64,000 bases of DNA from Candidatus Cloacimonadales bacterium (GTDB lineage: Bacteria; Cloacimonadota; Cloacimonadia; Cloacimonadales; JAFGVF01). Below are positions 28,201-37,774 of this stretch, piece after piece; positions within the stretch are counted from its first letter, which is position 1, and every line of letters begins with the position of its first letter. The stretch spans positions 2,944,001 to 3,008,000 of the forward strand of contig OY759729.1 of assembly GCA_963662585.1 (NCBI GenBank), written 5' to 3'. Both the position numbers and the translations under genes were made by a program. Under the pieces are notes generated by a model that saw nothing but the letters and a program-made list of their open reading frames with translations, ran no database searches and was not told the origin of the DNA.

Positions 28201-29873
28201 ACTAAATCTTTAATTTGATGCTCATGCTTAGATAAAAAATCTTCCCACGATAAGTTTGGACGCATATTCAGAGATTCTTCTTCTTGTAAATTATTGTATA
28301 GAATTTTAGCATTTTGTATTGTGAAGTCACCTAAATAGTGTACCCATTGGTCTTCAGCAGAATTGCTTAGATAGGAAATACTGAGAATATTACTTGATAT
28401 AGGTATTTCTTTATCTTCAAAGTCTTGATTACTCAACCAATTAAATTTCTTGTACTCTTCTAGATTTAGGCTAACAATGAATTTAATTCCTGGTTGTGCA
28501 ACATCATCTATCCAATTAAGTAGATCATCAATTGCTCTCAATTTGTTCCACTTCTCATCAATTCTACTTATATTATCAACTTCATCTATAATAAAAACTA
28601 GTTCTTTTTCACTTTTATTCACAAGCTTTTTAACATTTTTCTTATTTAAGTCACAATTGTAGTTTAATGAACTAGAAAATAATCTGTAAAAAGGATTTTC
28701 TTGCCATTTGGGGTTGATGTTCGTAAAGTCAATTCCGTTTATAAAAAACACTGAGTATTCTCTTTTGAGAAGATTATCACAACAATATGCACAGAAGGCG
28801 GATTTACCTCCTCCTTTATTTTTACTTATTACCAGTAAGTTTTTATCTGATTGCAAAAAACTATCAAGCTTATTGTTTGGTCCATTAAACCCATCAGGGA
28901 CACAATATAGCATAGGATTTTGACTATTATAAATACCCATATATGAATAAGATGTGAGAGTTATGTCAGTAATAATTTTAATTCGTTCATCAAACCTAGT
29001 TCGCTCAAAAGAATTTTGCGGTGCGTTTAAAGCTCTAACCCTATCTAGTAACTCAACAAGTTTTAAATATAGATCTTGAACAAAATTTTTATTAGAATAT
29101 TTCTTGCTAAAAATTTCATAAGACTCCTGACCTTGATAATGAATTTTTATATTTTTTGCATCAAAATCTGATAGTAAAAGAAGCTTGTTTTCTTTGTATG
29201 ACAATAATAATGGGAGCATTCTGATTTTAGTATTATCACTAAACTTAGCATAGGTAGTTATAGAATCAGCTACAGTTAATTTTAGGTCTGAACCATTTAG
29301 GACATGTCCTTTATCGTTAACTAGTTTAATATCTTTAAAAAAACTCAAGCCGTTAAGAAAAATAGCAAATAGTCTTCTGATTGATCCTATCTCTCTTTTA
29401 GCTATACTAGGAGTTACACCACCATGGGAAATTGAGTTTCTATAATTCAATATTTCATTGAGTAAAGCTTTTGATTTTGGATGTAGTACTTTTTTAATTT
29501 CTGAATCGTAGATAAAATCAACAATTTGATGACTCAATGGGGTAATATTTTTCTTCTTTAGTTCTAAAGTAGCTTCTCTTAAAAAACCTACATAGTTACC
29601 ACCTAAAGGTCTTGATAGTATATTCTCAATGTGATAATAAATCTTACCAATCTTTATCTCATAGGCAGCTAGCTCGCTAAGTAAAATATAACTAAGCAAT
29701 TTAATTGTTTCAATGAAAATCTTGTCACATAATATTAACCATTCATCTTCGTTTGTTTTATTACGATTATTAATGTACTTATTAATTTGGAAAGCTATTG
29801 GATGTGGTAGTGAACCTTTAATCCTTTCTATAACTGAATCTAACTCATTTTTCTCGAATTTATTATCAATCAT
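25263..29873 (-). CDS. HEPN-like domain + P-loop NTPase + multi-TM + degenerate LRR-like C-terminal region
   Basis: RPLGGNYVGFLRE...YRNSISHGG; Walker A-like KNKGGGKS; Walker B LVFIIDEVD; about 7 hydrophobic helices; C-terminal LESLKYFTGLENLVL and TLPKLRTFTL. GAGGAG RBS. Confidence 0.75.
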   Translation of the reverse strand: MIDNKFEKNELDSVIERIKGSLPHPIAFQINKYINNRNKTNEDEWLILCDKIFIETIKLLSYILLSELAAYEIKIGKIYYHIENILSRPLGGNYVGFLREATLELKKKNITPLSHQIVDFIYDSEIKKVLHPKSKALLNEILNYRNSISHGGVTPSIAKREIGSIRRLFAIFLNGLSFFKDIKLVNDKGHVLNGSDLKLTVADSITTYAKFSDNTKIRMLPLLLSYKENKLLLLSDFDAKNIKIHYQGQESYEIFSKKYSNKNFVQDLYLKLVELLDRVRALNAPQNSFERTRFDERIKIITDITLTSYSYMGIYNSQNPMLYCVPDGFNGPNNKLDSFLQSDKNLLVISKNKGGGKSAFCAYCCDNLLKREYSVFFINGIDFTNINPKWQENPFYRLFSSSLNYNCDLNKKNVKKLVNKSEKELVFIIDEVDNISRIDEKWNKLRAIDDLLNWIDDVAQPGIKFIVSLNLEEYKKFNWLSNQDFEDKEIPISSNILSISYLSNSAEDQWVHYLGDFTIQNAKILYNNLQEEESLNMRPNLSWEDFLSKHEHQIKDLVDSPLKFLNYLRALNNRSDINNPSVEKTLKNFFEKITNDNTRLTIFKKLIRFASRFGFSEKLFLLIKLKKLSQKYGGEKFLISQLKKNEKTEFDKIVNKSKYTDLVDSKLIIDYTFKLEKLSSEDTKHSNNLNKTIDHTPELEKLSSEDTKQSNNSNLPNDHALESDNSKDRMIKFNYSYMEKINYVTFKYDELSRYRILMIFIILIYSVVTIWFIFSFYGLSSDSIAATSEMSSLKFNNLKSSSFVLLYTFILLSFIMSVEKSDRAYYSNGVDQVKTNIFLSRILIILSFVILFTPKVLTMTSTTQLVVSIIILLVLFPIISCLSFSFFTNKKLTVFDKKCTVSAKLDEFDCINMRKNFYGFKDVLKNSSIKKIFIRILILVSIVSSSFLLKFLNFSEINDPYIGLQLRNLAIRNNNLFIEGLLIIGVLVIIGDVLIQLKISNIVNYYYYRTTNLARMRRSNKAFYFYPLIFILMSIGYFQIFLIKDEILRSNYKYSHSYKYKNRMKYQQIPNILSEKELKYTLKNISNNNDDGGYFYSLNLYDSDIKQEMIEDLIENNLVMFLKLPKKVDRRYNLTNIKNLWPLQFIECSNPNVKVITNKNIKIIESTSYTTGGLIIPDPSNMKPIIFSDTEYLVRVLDNSTTDKCQKISKYNLPIRINVVSDQPASLNWLPNEPCEHLVKFEKLPSINNSKITLFKRMELNGEETIQELESLKYFTGLENLVLFDYQNKSFEYYDKLIEAIKTLPKLRTFTLEVQTLDRETGKGIQYPYLSTNQAIEKLLLAKQQSLPVNKDLRFSDKHPNIEISNNHISFGETPYSETIINDLKISYDDRGGNWIERLYINQTIEPIDFNNIPFSNYIYYLEIPINELQRVPNDFKIETLALSGVNHENIQNVINIIKNEKYNIVLNNLSRIKLAVTNDSNSQVFIEIRELCKLLENVELSFCNDRASFQLSDDADVNIQYLQNLYKKPELFFGE
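27709..27852 (-). repeat. Internal ~72-bp tandem duplication in the large NTPase gene
   Basis: Encodes LEKLSSEDTKHSNNLNKTIDHTPE / LEKLSSEDTKQSNNSNLPNDHALE. Confidence 0.8.
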
Positions 29874-30785
29874 ATACCAAACTCCTCTTGAATAGATAAA
29901 TAAAACAACTTAAGTTCTTGAAAAAAACTGAACCATTATAACTAGTATTTCCTACAATTTTAAAAATTATTTCTAAAAGAGTTATTGTTTTACTTCATTT
30001 TCAAATAGTTAACATATTCAACCAATATCAATAAACATTATAAAATTTTAAAGAACTAGTGTCAAGAAGAAAAATGATCATTTTTTTCAGTTTAGACATA
30101 GAAGATTTCAAAAGTATCGAAATCTTATCAACTTTCTAAAATCATCTATTATTATTAAGAAGGAGTATTAAATGAGAATGCTAAAATAATACAGTTTTAA
30201 CAAAAAATATAAAATCTTAAGACGATACTATTTACCAAGGCACAATGGTATCTTATTGAATCAACATAATTGGTAATAAAATCTCGAAAAAATATCAATA
30301 ATTATCAATAGGGCAAAATATTTTCAACTTTTTTTTAAGTGACCAAGTTTGAAAAAGTTGATCCTATAATTATATGAAAGATAGTTTAAATAATGCAAGT
30401 TTTAAAAAGTTAGATTATAATTTATAGATTTTAGTGATATTTAGTGTTATGAATTTTTGGTTGAATAGTAAAAAAGGGTTAACACAAAACTCTAATTCAT
30501 AAAACACACAAAGTAATGCACTCCGACACAAGTTTTCTCCTTGTTTAAATGTTGGAGTGCATTTTTTATGGCTAATGTATAATACAAATAATGTATAAAC
30601 TTGATCCCTTCATCAAATCCCTAGTCTCCGATATGCTTTAAAGATTTGCCTCACTTTTGAATAATCTTGTTAATGCTCCTAGGAACTAACACCCAGCATT
30701 GCAGAAAAAAAAGTAACTTTTAATTCTTGACACAATTCCTTATTCCTTGAAGTTGAGCTAAAATAATATTAATAAAGAGGATAAG

Positions 30786-31373
30786 ATGTTAGATTTGATA
30801 AAAGAATCATATACAATAACCTATAAGCTATTAGGTGAGTTTATTGAATCAGCAGATAATCTTAAAAAGACTGAGGAGATAGGGCAGAAGCTTGCCTCTA
30901 TCTTTGAATCAGCCGGTAAGGTCCTTATCTGTGGAAACGGTGGTTCTGCGACAGATGCCATGCATTTTGCTGAAGAATTTACTGGCCGTTTTCGTGCTGA
31001 TCGTAAGGCCTTACCTGCAATTGCTTTAGCTGATTCTTCTCACATTACTTGTGTGGGAAATGATTATGGCTTTGATGAAGTATTTGCCCGTGGGGTTGAG
31101 GCTTATGCAAAAGCTGGTGACATGATAATCGGCTTATCTACAAGTGGAAATTCCGAGAATGTTATCAGAGCTTTTGAAGAAGCTAAGAAGATTGGCTGTA
31201 GCACAGTAGCTCTTTTAGGTAAAGATGGTGGTAAATTAGCAGGAAAATGTGATTATGAATTTATAATTCCAGGTCAGACATCAGATCGTATCCAAGAATT
31301 GCATATGATTATTTTGCATATAGTTATTGAAGTAGTTGAGCGGATAATGTTTCCTGAGAACTATAAAGATTAA
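30786..31373 (+). CDS. gmhA: D-sedoheptulose-7-phosphate isomerase
   Basis: CGNGGSA, HFAEE, GNDYG, STSGNS, RIQELH motifs. Confidence 0.95.
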   Translation: MLDLIKESYTITYKLLGEFIESADNLKKTEEIGQKLASIFESAGKVLICGNGGSATDAMHFAEEFTGRFRADRKALPAIALADSSHITCVGNDYGFDEVFARGVEAYAKAGDMIIGLSTSGNSENVIRAFEEAKKIGCSTVALLGKDGGKLAGKCDYEFIIPGQTSDRIQELHMIILHIVIEVVERIMFPENYKD

Positions 31374-31404
31374 AAAAAATAATATAAAATACTAAAAAAT
31401 ATTC

Positions 31405-31432
31405 TTGACAAACAATAGGGAGATTTTAAATT
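31405..31432 (+). promoter_or_regulatory. Putative sigma70 promoter for tRNA-Leu/tig
   Basis: TTGACA-16 nt-TAAATT about 10 nt before the tRNA. Confidence 0.5.
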
Positions 31433-31442
31433 GACCAAACGT

Positions 31443-31529
31443 GCGAAAGTGGCGGAATTGGCAGACGCGCTGGACTTAGAATCCAGTTGGGTTAAACCAG
31501 TAGGGGTTCAAGTCCCCTCTTTCGCACCA
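31443..31529 (+). tRNA. tRNA-Leu (anticodon TAG)
   Basis: Acceptor stem GCGAAAG/CTTTCGC plus ACCA; D-loop GGCAGA; anticodon arm CTGGA-CTTAGAA-TCCAG; long variable arm; GGTTCAAGTCC T-arm. Usual position upstream of tig. Confidence 0.97.
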
Positions 31530-31608
31530 TTTTTATTTTTAAGAACCCCTATTACAACACAAATTTAAATTTTAACATTAATAATATATATATATAAAGG
31601 AGTTAATT

Positions 31609-32922
31609 GTGAAGGTTGAAGTAAAAGAAATCAGTTCAGTTGTCAAAGAGCTCACCCTTACAGTAGAAGCTGAGAAAGTAAATAAAGATTATCAAAAGGC
31701 CTTGAAAAAGGTTAGTAAGATGGCTCCTCCAATTCCCGGTTTCCGTAAAGGAAAAGCCCCAATGTCTGCTGTAGAAAGAAACTATGGTGATTATATCAAA
31801 GAGGAATTATACAAAGACGGTGTTGATAAATATCTTAAAGAAGCAATAGAAGAAAATGATATAAAATCAATTAGTGAATTTTATCCAACATCTTATGAGT
31901 GGAATAAAGGTGAAGATTTAGTTGCAGTATTCAAATTTGAAGTAAATCCTGAAATTAAATTAGAAAATATTGATGGTATAAAAGTTCCTTTCAAAGCTAA
32001 AGCAATTGATGAAGCTGTAGATGAATATCTTGAAGAAATGAAGCAAAAGAATTCTGAAATGGTTGAAGTTGCTGATGAGATTCAAAACAATGATACAGTT
32101 GAATTTGAATTAACATTTACTCACAATGGTGAAGAGAAAGTTGAAGTAGTAACTGTTCCAATTTCTCAAGAACAAGAAAATCATGACAAGATAGTTGATG
32201 ATGCTATTGCTAAGAAAATTGGTGATAAATTCCCAACAGAAATATCTTCTTTTAGTATTCAAAGTGTTAAACTTGATGATGGAAGTGTAGAAGTTAATGC
32301 TATGGTTAATTCAATTCAGAGATTAAAAGAAGCTGTAATCGATGACGCTTTTGCTAAAACACTAGATTATGATAATTTAGCAGCAATGCGCGAATCTTTA
32401 GCTCAAGAATTAGCTTTAAAAACAGAGAAGAATAATCAGAATGAACTTAATAAAAAGATCATGGAATCTATCATCGCTGAAAATGATTTCCAAGTTCCAA
32501 GTGTAATTATTGCTAATGAAGCTTACAGACAAGCTAAGCAATATATGCCTGGTAAAGAACCTGATGAACAAATGATTAATATTCTTTCTCAATTTGTTAC
32601 TCCTCAAATCAAAGAGATTTATGTCTATGAAGCATTAAGAAAAGACTATGCTATAGAAGTAACAGACGAGCAAGTTGATGCTTTAGTAAAAAAACTTGCT
32701 AAATTAGAAGATATCACAGCTGAAGAATTTAGAGAAGAACATAAAGATCTCTTTGAAGATGATAGAATGAAAGATGAAGTAATGTTTGATCAAATATTCA
32801 CTGACTTAGCTAAAAAAGTTCAGATAATTGATCCAGAAGTTTATGCTGAAGAGAAAAAAGCAGAACTTCAAGCTAAAAAAGATTCAACTGAGACAAAAGA
32901 AATAGAAAATAAAGAAGCATAA
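31609..32922 (+). CDS. tig: Trigger factor
   Basis: IPGFRKGKAP signature; synteny with clpP-clpX. Confidence 0.95.
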   Translation: MKVEVKEISSVVKELTLTVEAEKVNKDYQKALKKVSKMAPPIPGFRKGKAPMSAVERNYGDYIKEELYKDGVDKYLKEAIEENDIKSISEFYPTSYEWNKGEDLVAVFKFEVNPEIKLENIDGIKVPFKAKAIDEAVDEYLEEMKQKNSEMVEVADEIQNNDTVEFELTFTHNGEEKVEVVTVPISQEQENHDKIVDDAIAKKIGDKFPTEISSFSIQSVKLDDGSVEVNAMVNSIQRLKEAVIDDAFAKTLDYDNLAAMRESLAQELALKTEKNNQNELNKKIMESIIAENDFQVPSVIIANEAYRQAKQYMPGKEPDEQMINILSQFVTPQIKEIYVYEALRKDYAIEVTDEQVDALVKKLAKLEDITAEEFREEHKDLFEDDRMKDEVMFDQIFTDLAKKVQIIDPEVYAEEKKAELQAKKDSTETKEIENKEA

Positions 32923-32942
32923 TTTATTAATAAGGAGTATTC

Positions 32943-33527
32943 ATGCCTTATGTACCAATGGTAGTAGAGCAAGTAGGAAGAAGCGAGAGAGCTTATGATA
33001 TCTATTCAAGATTACTAAAAGATAGAATTATTTTTATCGGAGGTCCTATTGATGATCATGTAGCAAATCTTGTAGTAGCTCAATTATTGCACTTAGAAGC
33101 TGAAGATCCAAAGAAGGATATTAATATATATATAAATAGTCCTGGTGGTGTTGTTACTGCCGGTTTAGCTATTTACGATACTATCCAGTTTATAAAACCA
33201 GATGTATCAACAACCTGTATTGGCCAAGCAGCCAGTATGGGAGCCTTTCTTCTTACAGCAGGAACTAAAGGAAAGAGATATTCTCTTCCTAATAGTAGAA
33301 TAATGATTCACCAACCTCTTGGTGGTGCTCAGGGGCAAGCCTCTGATATCGAAATCGCTGCTAAAGAGATTCTTTTCTTAAAAGGTCATTTGAATAGTAT
33401 CTTGCAAAAACATACTGGACAGCCTTTAGAAAAGATTGAAAATGATACAGATAGAAATTTCTTTATGACAGCAGAAGATGCTAAGAAATATGGTTTAATT
33501 GACCAAGTTATTGAAAATAGAGGTTAA
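32943..33527 (+). CDS. clpP: ATP-dependent Clp protease proteolytic subunit
   Basis: [33 protein letters not shown]. Confidence 0.98.
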   Translation: MPYVPMVVEQVGRSERAYDIYSRLLKDRIIFIGGPIDDHVANLVVAQLLHLEAEDPKKDINIYINSPGGVVTAGLAIYDTIQFIKPDVSTTCIGQAASMGAFLLTAGTKGKRYSLPNSRIMIHQPLGGAQGQASDIEIAAKEILFLKGHLNSILQKHTGQPLEKIENDTDRNFFMTAEDAKKYGLIDQVIENRG

Positions 33528-33532
33528 GGTAT

Positions 33533-34852
33533 ATGGCAAAATATACAAACTCTAAAGATATGATTTGCTCATTCTGTGGTAGGGGAGAAGATGAAGCAGG
33601 AATGCTAATTCATGGCTTAAATGCTAACATCTGTAAGCATTGTGTCTCTCTCTGTGATGACCTTTTTGATGAAGAGGAATCTGTCAATAGGGGAAGTTCT
33701 CAGGATGAGAGTGTTAAAACTCTACCAATTCCTAGCGAGATTAAGAAGTTTCTTGATCTCTATGTAATAGGACAAAACTCTGCGAAAGAACTACTTTCTG
33801 TAGCTGTTTATAACCATTACAAGAGAATTTTTAGAGCAGATGAACTTGATGAAGATATTGAATTAGATAAATCTAATGTTTTAATGATTGGACCTACCGG
33901 AACAGGTAAAACTCTCATGGCTGAAACTTTAGCCAGAATGTTAAAAGTTCCTTTTGCTATTGCTGATGCGACTACTTTAACTGAAGCTGGTTATGTTGGT
34001 GAAGATGTGGAAAATATTCTTACAAAACTTCTCCAAAATGCCGAGTTTGATGTTGAAAAAGCTCAGCGTGGTATCATTTACATAGATGAAATAGATAAGA
34101 TTGGCAGAAAAAGCGAATCAACTTCTATTACTCGTGATGTTTCTGGTGAAGGTGTGCAACAAGCTCTTCTAAAAATCTTAGAAGGATCAATTGTTAATGT
34201 TCCACCAAAAGGAGGCAGAAAACACCCAAATCAAGACTTTATTCAATTAGATACTCGCAAAATTCTCTTTATCTGTGGTGGTGCTTTTATCAATATTGAT
34301 AAGATTATTGCTAATAGAGTAGTTAAAAAGAGTGTCGGATTCGAGTCTGATTTAGCTGAAAGAATGAATGAACACAATCTTCTTGCAAAATTAGAACCCG
34401 ATGATTTAGTTCGCTATGGTCTTATTCCAGAATTGATAGGTAGATTACCAGTTGTCTGTACTCTTGATGAACTCGATACAGATGCCTTAATCAGAATTCT
34501 TACAGAACCTAAAAATTCTATTGTAAGACAATTCTCTAAAATGTTGAAACTTGATGGAGTAGAGTTAGAAATCACTACCGAAGCTCTGAAAGAAGTTGCT
34601 AACATTGCTCAAAAGCAAAAAACAGGTGCTAGATCTTTACGCTCTATCTTAGAAAGAAGAATGCTAGACATTATGTATAATCTTCCTGATATGCCTGATA
34701 TTAACAAGTGTATTGTTGATGTTGATTATATCAAAGGAGAACGAAATGAACCTGTCTATGAAAAGGTTGAGTTCCCTAAGGAAGAAGCTAAGAAGCCAAC
34801 AGCTAAGACCAAGGCTAAACCAAAAGCAAAAGCTAAAGCTAGTACAAAATAA
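33533..34852 (+). CDS. clpX: Clp protease ATP-binding subunit
   Basis: C4 zinc finger, [38 protein letters not shown]. Confidence 0.98.
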   Translation: MAKYTNSKDMICSFCGRGEDEAGMLIHGLNANICKHCVSLCDDLFDEEESVNRGSSQDESVKTLPIPSEIKKFLDLYVIGQNSAKELLSVAVYNHYKRIFRADELDEDIELDKSNVLMIGPTGTGKTLMAETLARMLKVPFAIADATTLTEAGYVGEDVENILTKLLQNAEFDVEKAQRGIIYIDEIDKIGRKSESTSITRDVSGEGVQQALLKILEGSIVNVPPKGGRKHPNQDFIQLDTRKILFICGGAFINIDKIIANRVVKKSVGFESDLAERMNEHNLLAKLEPDDLVRYGLIPELIGRLPVVCTLDELDTDALIRILTEPKNSIVRQFSKMLKLDGVELEITTEALKEVANIAQKQKTGARSLRSILERRMLDIMYNLPDMPDINKCIVDVDYIKGERNEPVYEKVEFPKEEAKKPTAKTKAKPKAKAKASTK

Positions 34853-34873
34853 AACTAGTTCAAGATAAATTAC

Positions 34874-34904
34874 AAGAGGTGAAGAAATTCACCTCTTATT
34901 TTTT
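34874..34904 (+). terminator. Rho-independent terminator after clpX
   Basis: AAGAGGTGAA-GAAA-TTCACCTCTT followed by a T-run. Confidence 0.8.
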
Positions 34905-34995
34905 GGGTCATATTTTAGTCAGTATGTTTTTAATATTTGAAATCCCGCAGGGTACTTACTTTAATTTTGTGCTAGCAGTTTTAAGTGTTAGACAT

Positions 34996-35170
34996 CCTCT
35001 TCTGTCGGACGGTGGAGATTCTCTCCGCCATTCCTCGTTAAATCCCCCTCGGCGGAGGGGAAACAGGGGGTGTTTTCTAACAGAGAGTGCTGATAGGGTG
35101 GAATCTGGTGACACGGAGGTCCCCAGTCCATATTATGGCGGACAGAATGTCCATCGTCCGACTGAAGAGG
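34996..35170. repeat. GC-rich palindromic REP/MITE-like element
   Basis: Outer inverted repeat CCTCTTCTGTCGGACGGTGGA / TCCATCGTCCGACTGAAGAGG enclosing smaller hairpins (CCCCTCGGCGGAGGGG, GGACAGAATGTCC). Confidence 0.65.
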
Positions 35171-35524
35171 TATTTTGCTCAAGCAGATGTTGGATTAATT
35201 AGCAATTATATTTCCTATTCAGCGACTAAAAGCTTTAACTCATTTTCGGTGTATTTCATAGCGAAGGACAATCCAGAGTTTAACGATGAACATAATGCTT
35301 ATGCAGAATTTGTTATTGCAAACTGCTAATCAGTTAATACAAATTTAAAAAGCTAATTGCAATGTTTGAAACAATTGTAAATGCTTTTTAAATTGTTAAA
35401 TTTGGTATAACATACTTAAAACTTAGTATGAATTCTCACAATACAAATGTATATTTGAAATAATAATTTATTTATACTATTAATTCATTCATTTCATTCT
35501 CATAACAAATCATTAATCATTTAA

Positions 35525-37774
35525 TTAAAGTTTTTTCTTTATCAAACTTTTAAACTCATCGTAATTACCTTTAGAACTTTCTATTAACTCTGTTACTAAA
35601 TTCACAGGAATATTATATCTATATATCATAGTACCTGGAATACTTTTATTTTCTGCGACCTCTAATATCTTGTTTTTAATCAAGTCACTGAGCAACTCAT
35701 TTATTTCTGAAGTATAAGCTTTTCCATATTCTTTAATAAGAAGACCTTCAGTAAACATACTACTTCGTTTTAATAATCGTGTAATTTTTGAGATAATTTT
35801 CATATTACAATCTAGTTTAAATTCATTAGCTACTTCATTTTTTTCATTTCCAAAATAATTTTCTACTATAGAAGTAATTATCTTTGGGTCATACACTTCT
35901 GAGTGATCTTCAAAAACAATGAAATTAACACTACTGGATTTAATTTTAATCTCTTGGCTTGAGTTCGCACGATTAATTATCAGTGTTTTAATCAAGCACT
36001 CATTGAAATGACAGCTCTTAATATTTCCTTTCAATAGATCAATTACCTCAAAATTGCATTTCTCAAAATTGATATTTTGAAGTGGAGCTGAGAGATTAGA
36101 AAAATCAAAATATAATGATTCCACATCTATGTCATCAGTGTGAGAAGTACTCAAAAGGTACGGTAGTATTTTTGCGATGTTAGTATTTAAAAATGAATAT
36201 GAATGATTAACAAGAACCAATGCTTTCAAATACGAAATAGTGTTATCAACTTTTTCACTTGATATTTTTTCAATTATACCTTTAACTGTACTTTCTGTAA
36301 GAATTGCAATCGACAATAATCGTATAACATTATTATTATTCCTTTGTTTTATCTGTCTTGAGATGAATGATGCTAAAAAATAAAATCTAAACTCATCATG
36401 TTCAAAAAAAATAGAACGTTCAATAGGTACCAAAATCGCATGATTTTTTATTCTCTCAGATACTTGCTTAACGGCAGTAAGGTCTTTTTTCCCTATATCT
36501 TGAATATATTCTTCAATCCATAAATCACAGTATTCATAACTTAAAGATTGAGATTGATTTAACCACATTTCCGATGCAAAAAGTTCAAGAAGTCCTAGAT
36601 GCTCTTCCAGAGTAAGCAATAAACCCGACCTCTTAAATCTGTCCTTCCACTTTAAATTCTCACGGTTAATCGCTTCAATAATGAATGTTGATAAAAAATT
36701 AGATGAACGACTAAAGAAGTTTTTCATGTAAGAATCCAAATCAGTTTCTTTATCGTTACAAACATCTATTACAATATCTATCAACTTATTGACAAGGAAA
36801 GGACGAGTTAATATTGGGTGATTATTACCTATCATGCTAACTAATCCAGAATATATTTTTTGTCCGTTTTTTATACTTCTTAATTTACAATATTCTATGA
36901 AATCTTTTTCATTCCATCTATTTATTTGAAACTGATAATTATTGATTCCAGATTTAAAGAAATCCATCAATATTCTAGCTCTAATTGGGCTTGCTTCGTT
37001 AAAATATGCTTTCCTAGATGCAATTATAATCTTACCTTCAGAATCAAATTCATCAACAAAATTACTTAGTGATTGGAACATATCATTTGACATATCCATA
37101 AAAAGTTCTTCAAAACCATCAAGTACAATAATTATCTTCTTCATTTTAATAAGCTCTACTAAAATATCCCAACTTAAAAAATGAAACTTAAAATAATTGA
37201 CAATCGTTCCAATAATCAAATGATCTAAATGAAAGAATTGCTCCCCACAAAGATCTATGGGAATAATTAAAGGCTTTTCAGGATTTCTTAAGAACTCAGT
37301 AGCTTGTAACTTTACAAGTTCATGTATAGTTGTACTCTTACCCTCTCCTGCATCAGACAACAGCCAAAAAATTTCTGAACAATTAGCAATAGAATCTCCA
37401 TTAAGAATGGTTCTAATTTCATCAATAAGATCGCAAGTTTTCTTCGGTTTATCATCTATAAGTTCACCATTTTCTATAACATAATCTGATTGACCTTTGG
37501 GAGTAATAAATGCTGATATTTTCAACTCCGGAGAATTCATTTTTTCAAGGATTCTCTCAGCTAAAAAACGCATTTTAATTAGTTTTACTGTAATCCATAT
37601 TTCAGCTTTTAAATCTAAATCATCATCACTAATGTAAATATCTCCAGATTTGTTGATAGTTTTTATAAAGTGAACTTCACTATAATATGAGAACACAACT
37701 TCTCCTTTACTTCTGTCTTCGGTTATGTTATCAGCTACTTTGTTTAATAGAGCTATAAAGTGTTTGTAATTCAT
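35525..37774 (-). CDS. NACHT-type NTPase with C-terminal pentapeptide-like and helical regions
   Basis: Walker A SDAGEGKST, Walker B IIVLDGFEEL, IIIASR, RPFL, FEHDEFRFYFLA. Confidence 0.8.
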   Translation of the reverse strand: MNYKHFIALLNKVADNITEDRSKGEVVFSYYSEVHFIKTINKSGDIYISDDDLDLKAEIWITVKLIKMRFLAERILEKMNSPELKISAFITPKGQSDYVIENGELIDDKPKKTCDLIDEIRTILNGDSIANCSEIFWLLSDAGEGKSTTIHELVKLQATEFLRNPEKPLIIPIDLCGEQFFHLDHLIIGTIVNYFKFHFLSWDILVELIKMKKIIIVLDGFEELFMDMSNDMFQSLSNFVDEFDSEGKIIIASRKAYFNEASPIRARILMDFFKSGINNYQFQINRWNEKDFIEYCKLRSIKNGQKIYSGLVSMIGNNHPILTRPFLVNKLIDIVIDVCNDKETDLDSYMKNFFSRSSNFLSTFIIEAINRENLKWKDRFKRSGLLLTLEEHLGLLELFASEMWLNQSQSLSYEYCDLWIEEYIQDIGKKDLTAVKQVSERIKNHAILVPIERSIFFEHDEFRFYFLASFISRQIKQRNNNNVIRLLSIAILTESTVKGIIEKISSEKVDNTISYLKALVLVNHSYSFLNTNIAKILPYLLSTSHTDDIDVESLYFDFSNLSAPLQNINFEKCNFEVIDLLKGNIKSCHFNECLIKTLIINRANSSQEIKIKSSSVNFIVFEDHSEVYDPKIITSIVENYFGNEKNEVANEFKLDCNMKIISKITRLLKRSSMFTEGLLIKEYGKAYTSEINELLSDLIKNKILEVAENKSIPGTMIYRYNIPVNLVTELIESSKGNYDEFKSLIKKKL

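Noticed and set aside
31443..31529. tRNA-Leu as integration site of the 30-kb accessory region
   Set aside because: No integrase and no duplicated tRNA 3' end seen; gmhA lies between the island and the tRNA.
34879..35329. Three short ORFs after clpX
   Set aside because: They overlap the terminator and the GC-rich palindromic element, which explains the open frames; no recognisable protein features.
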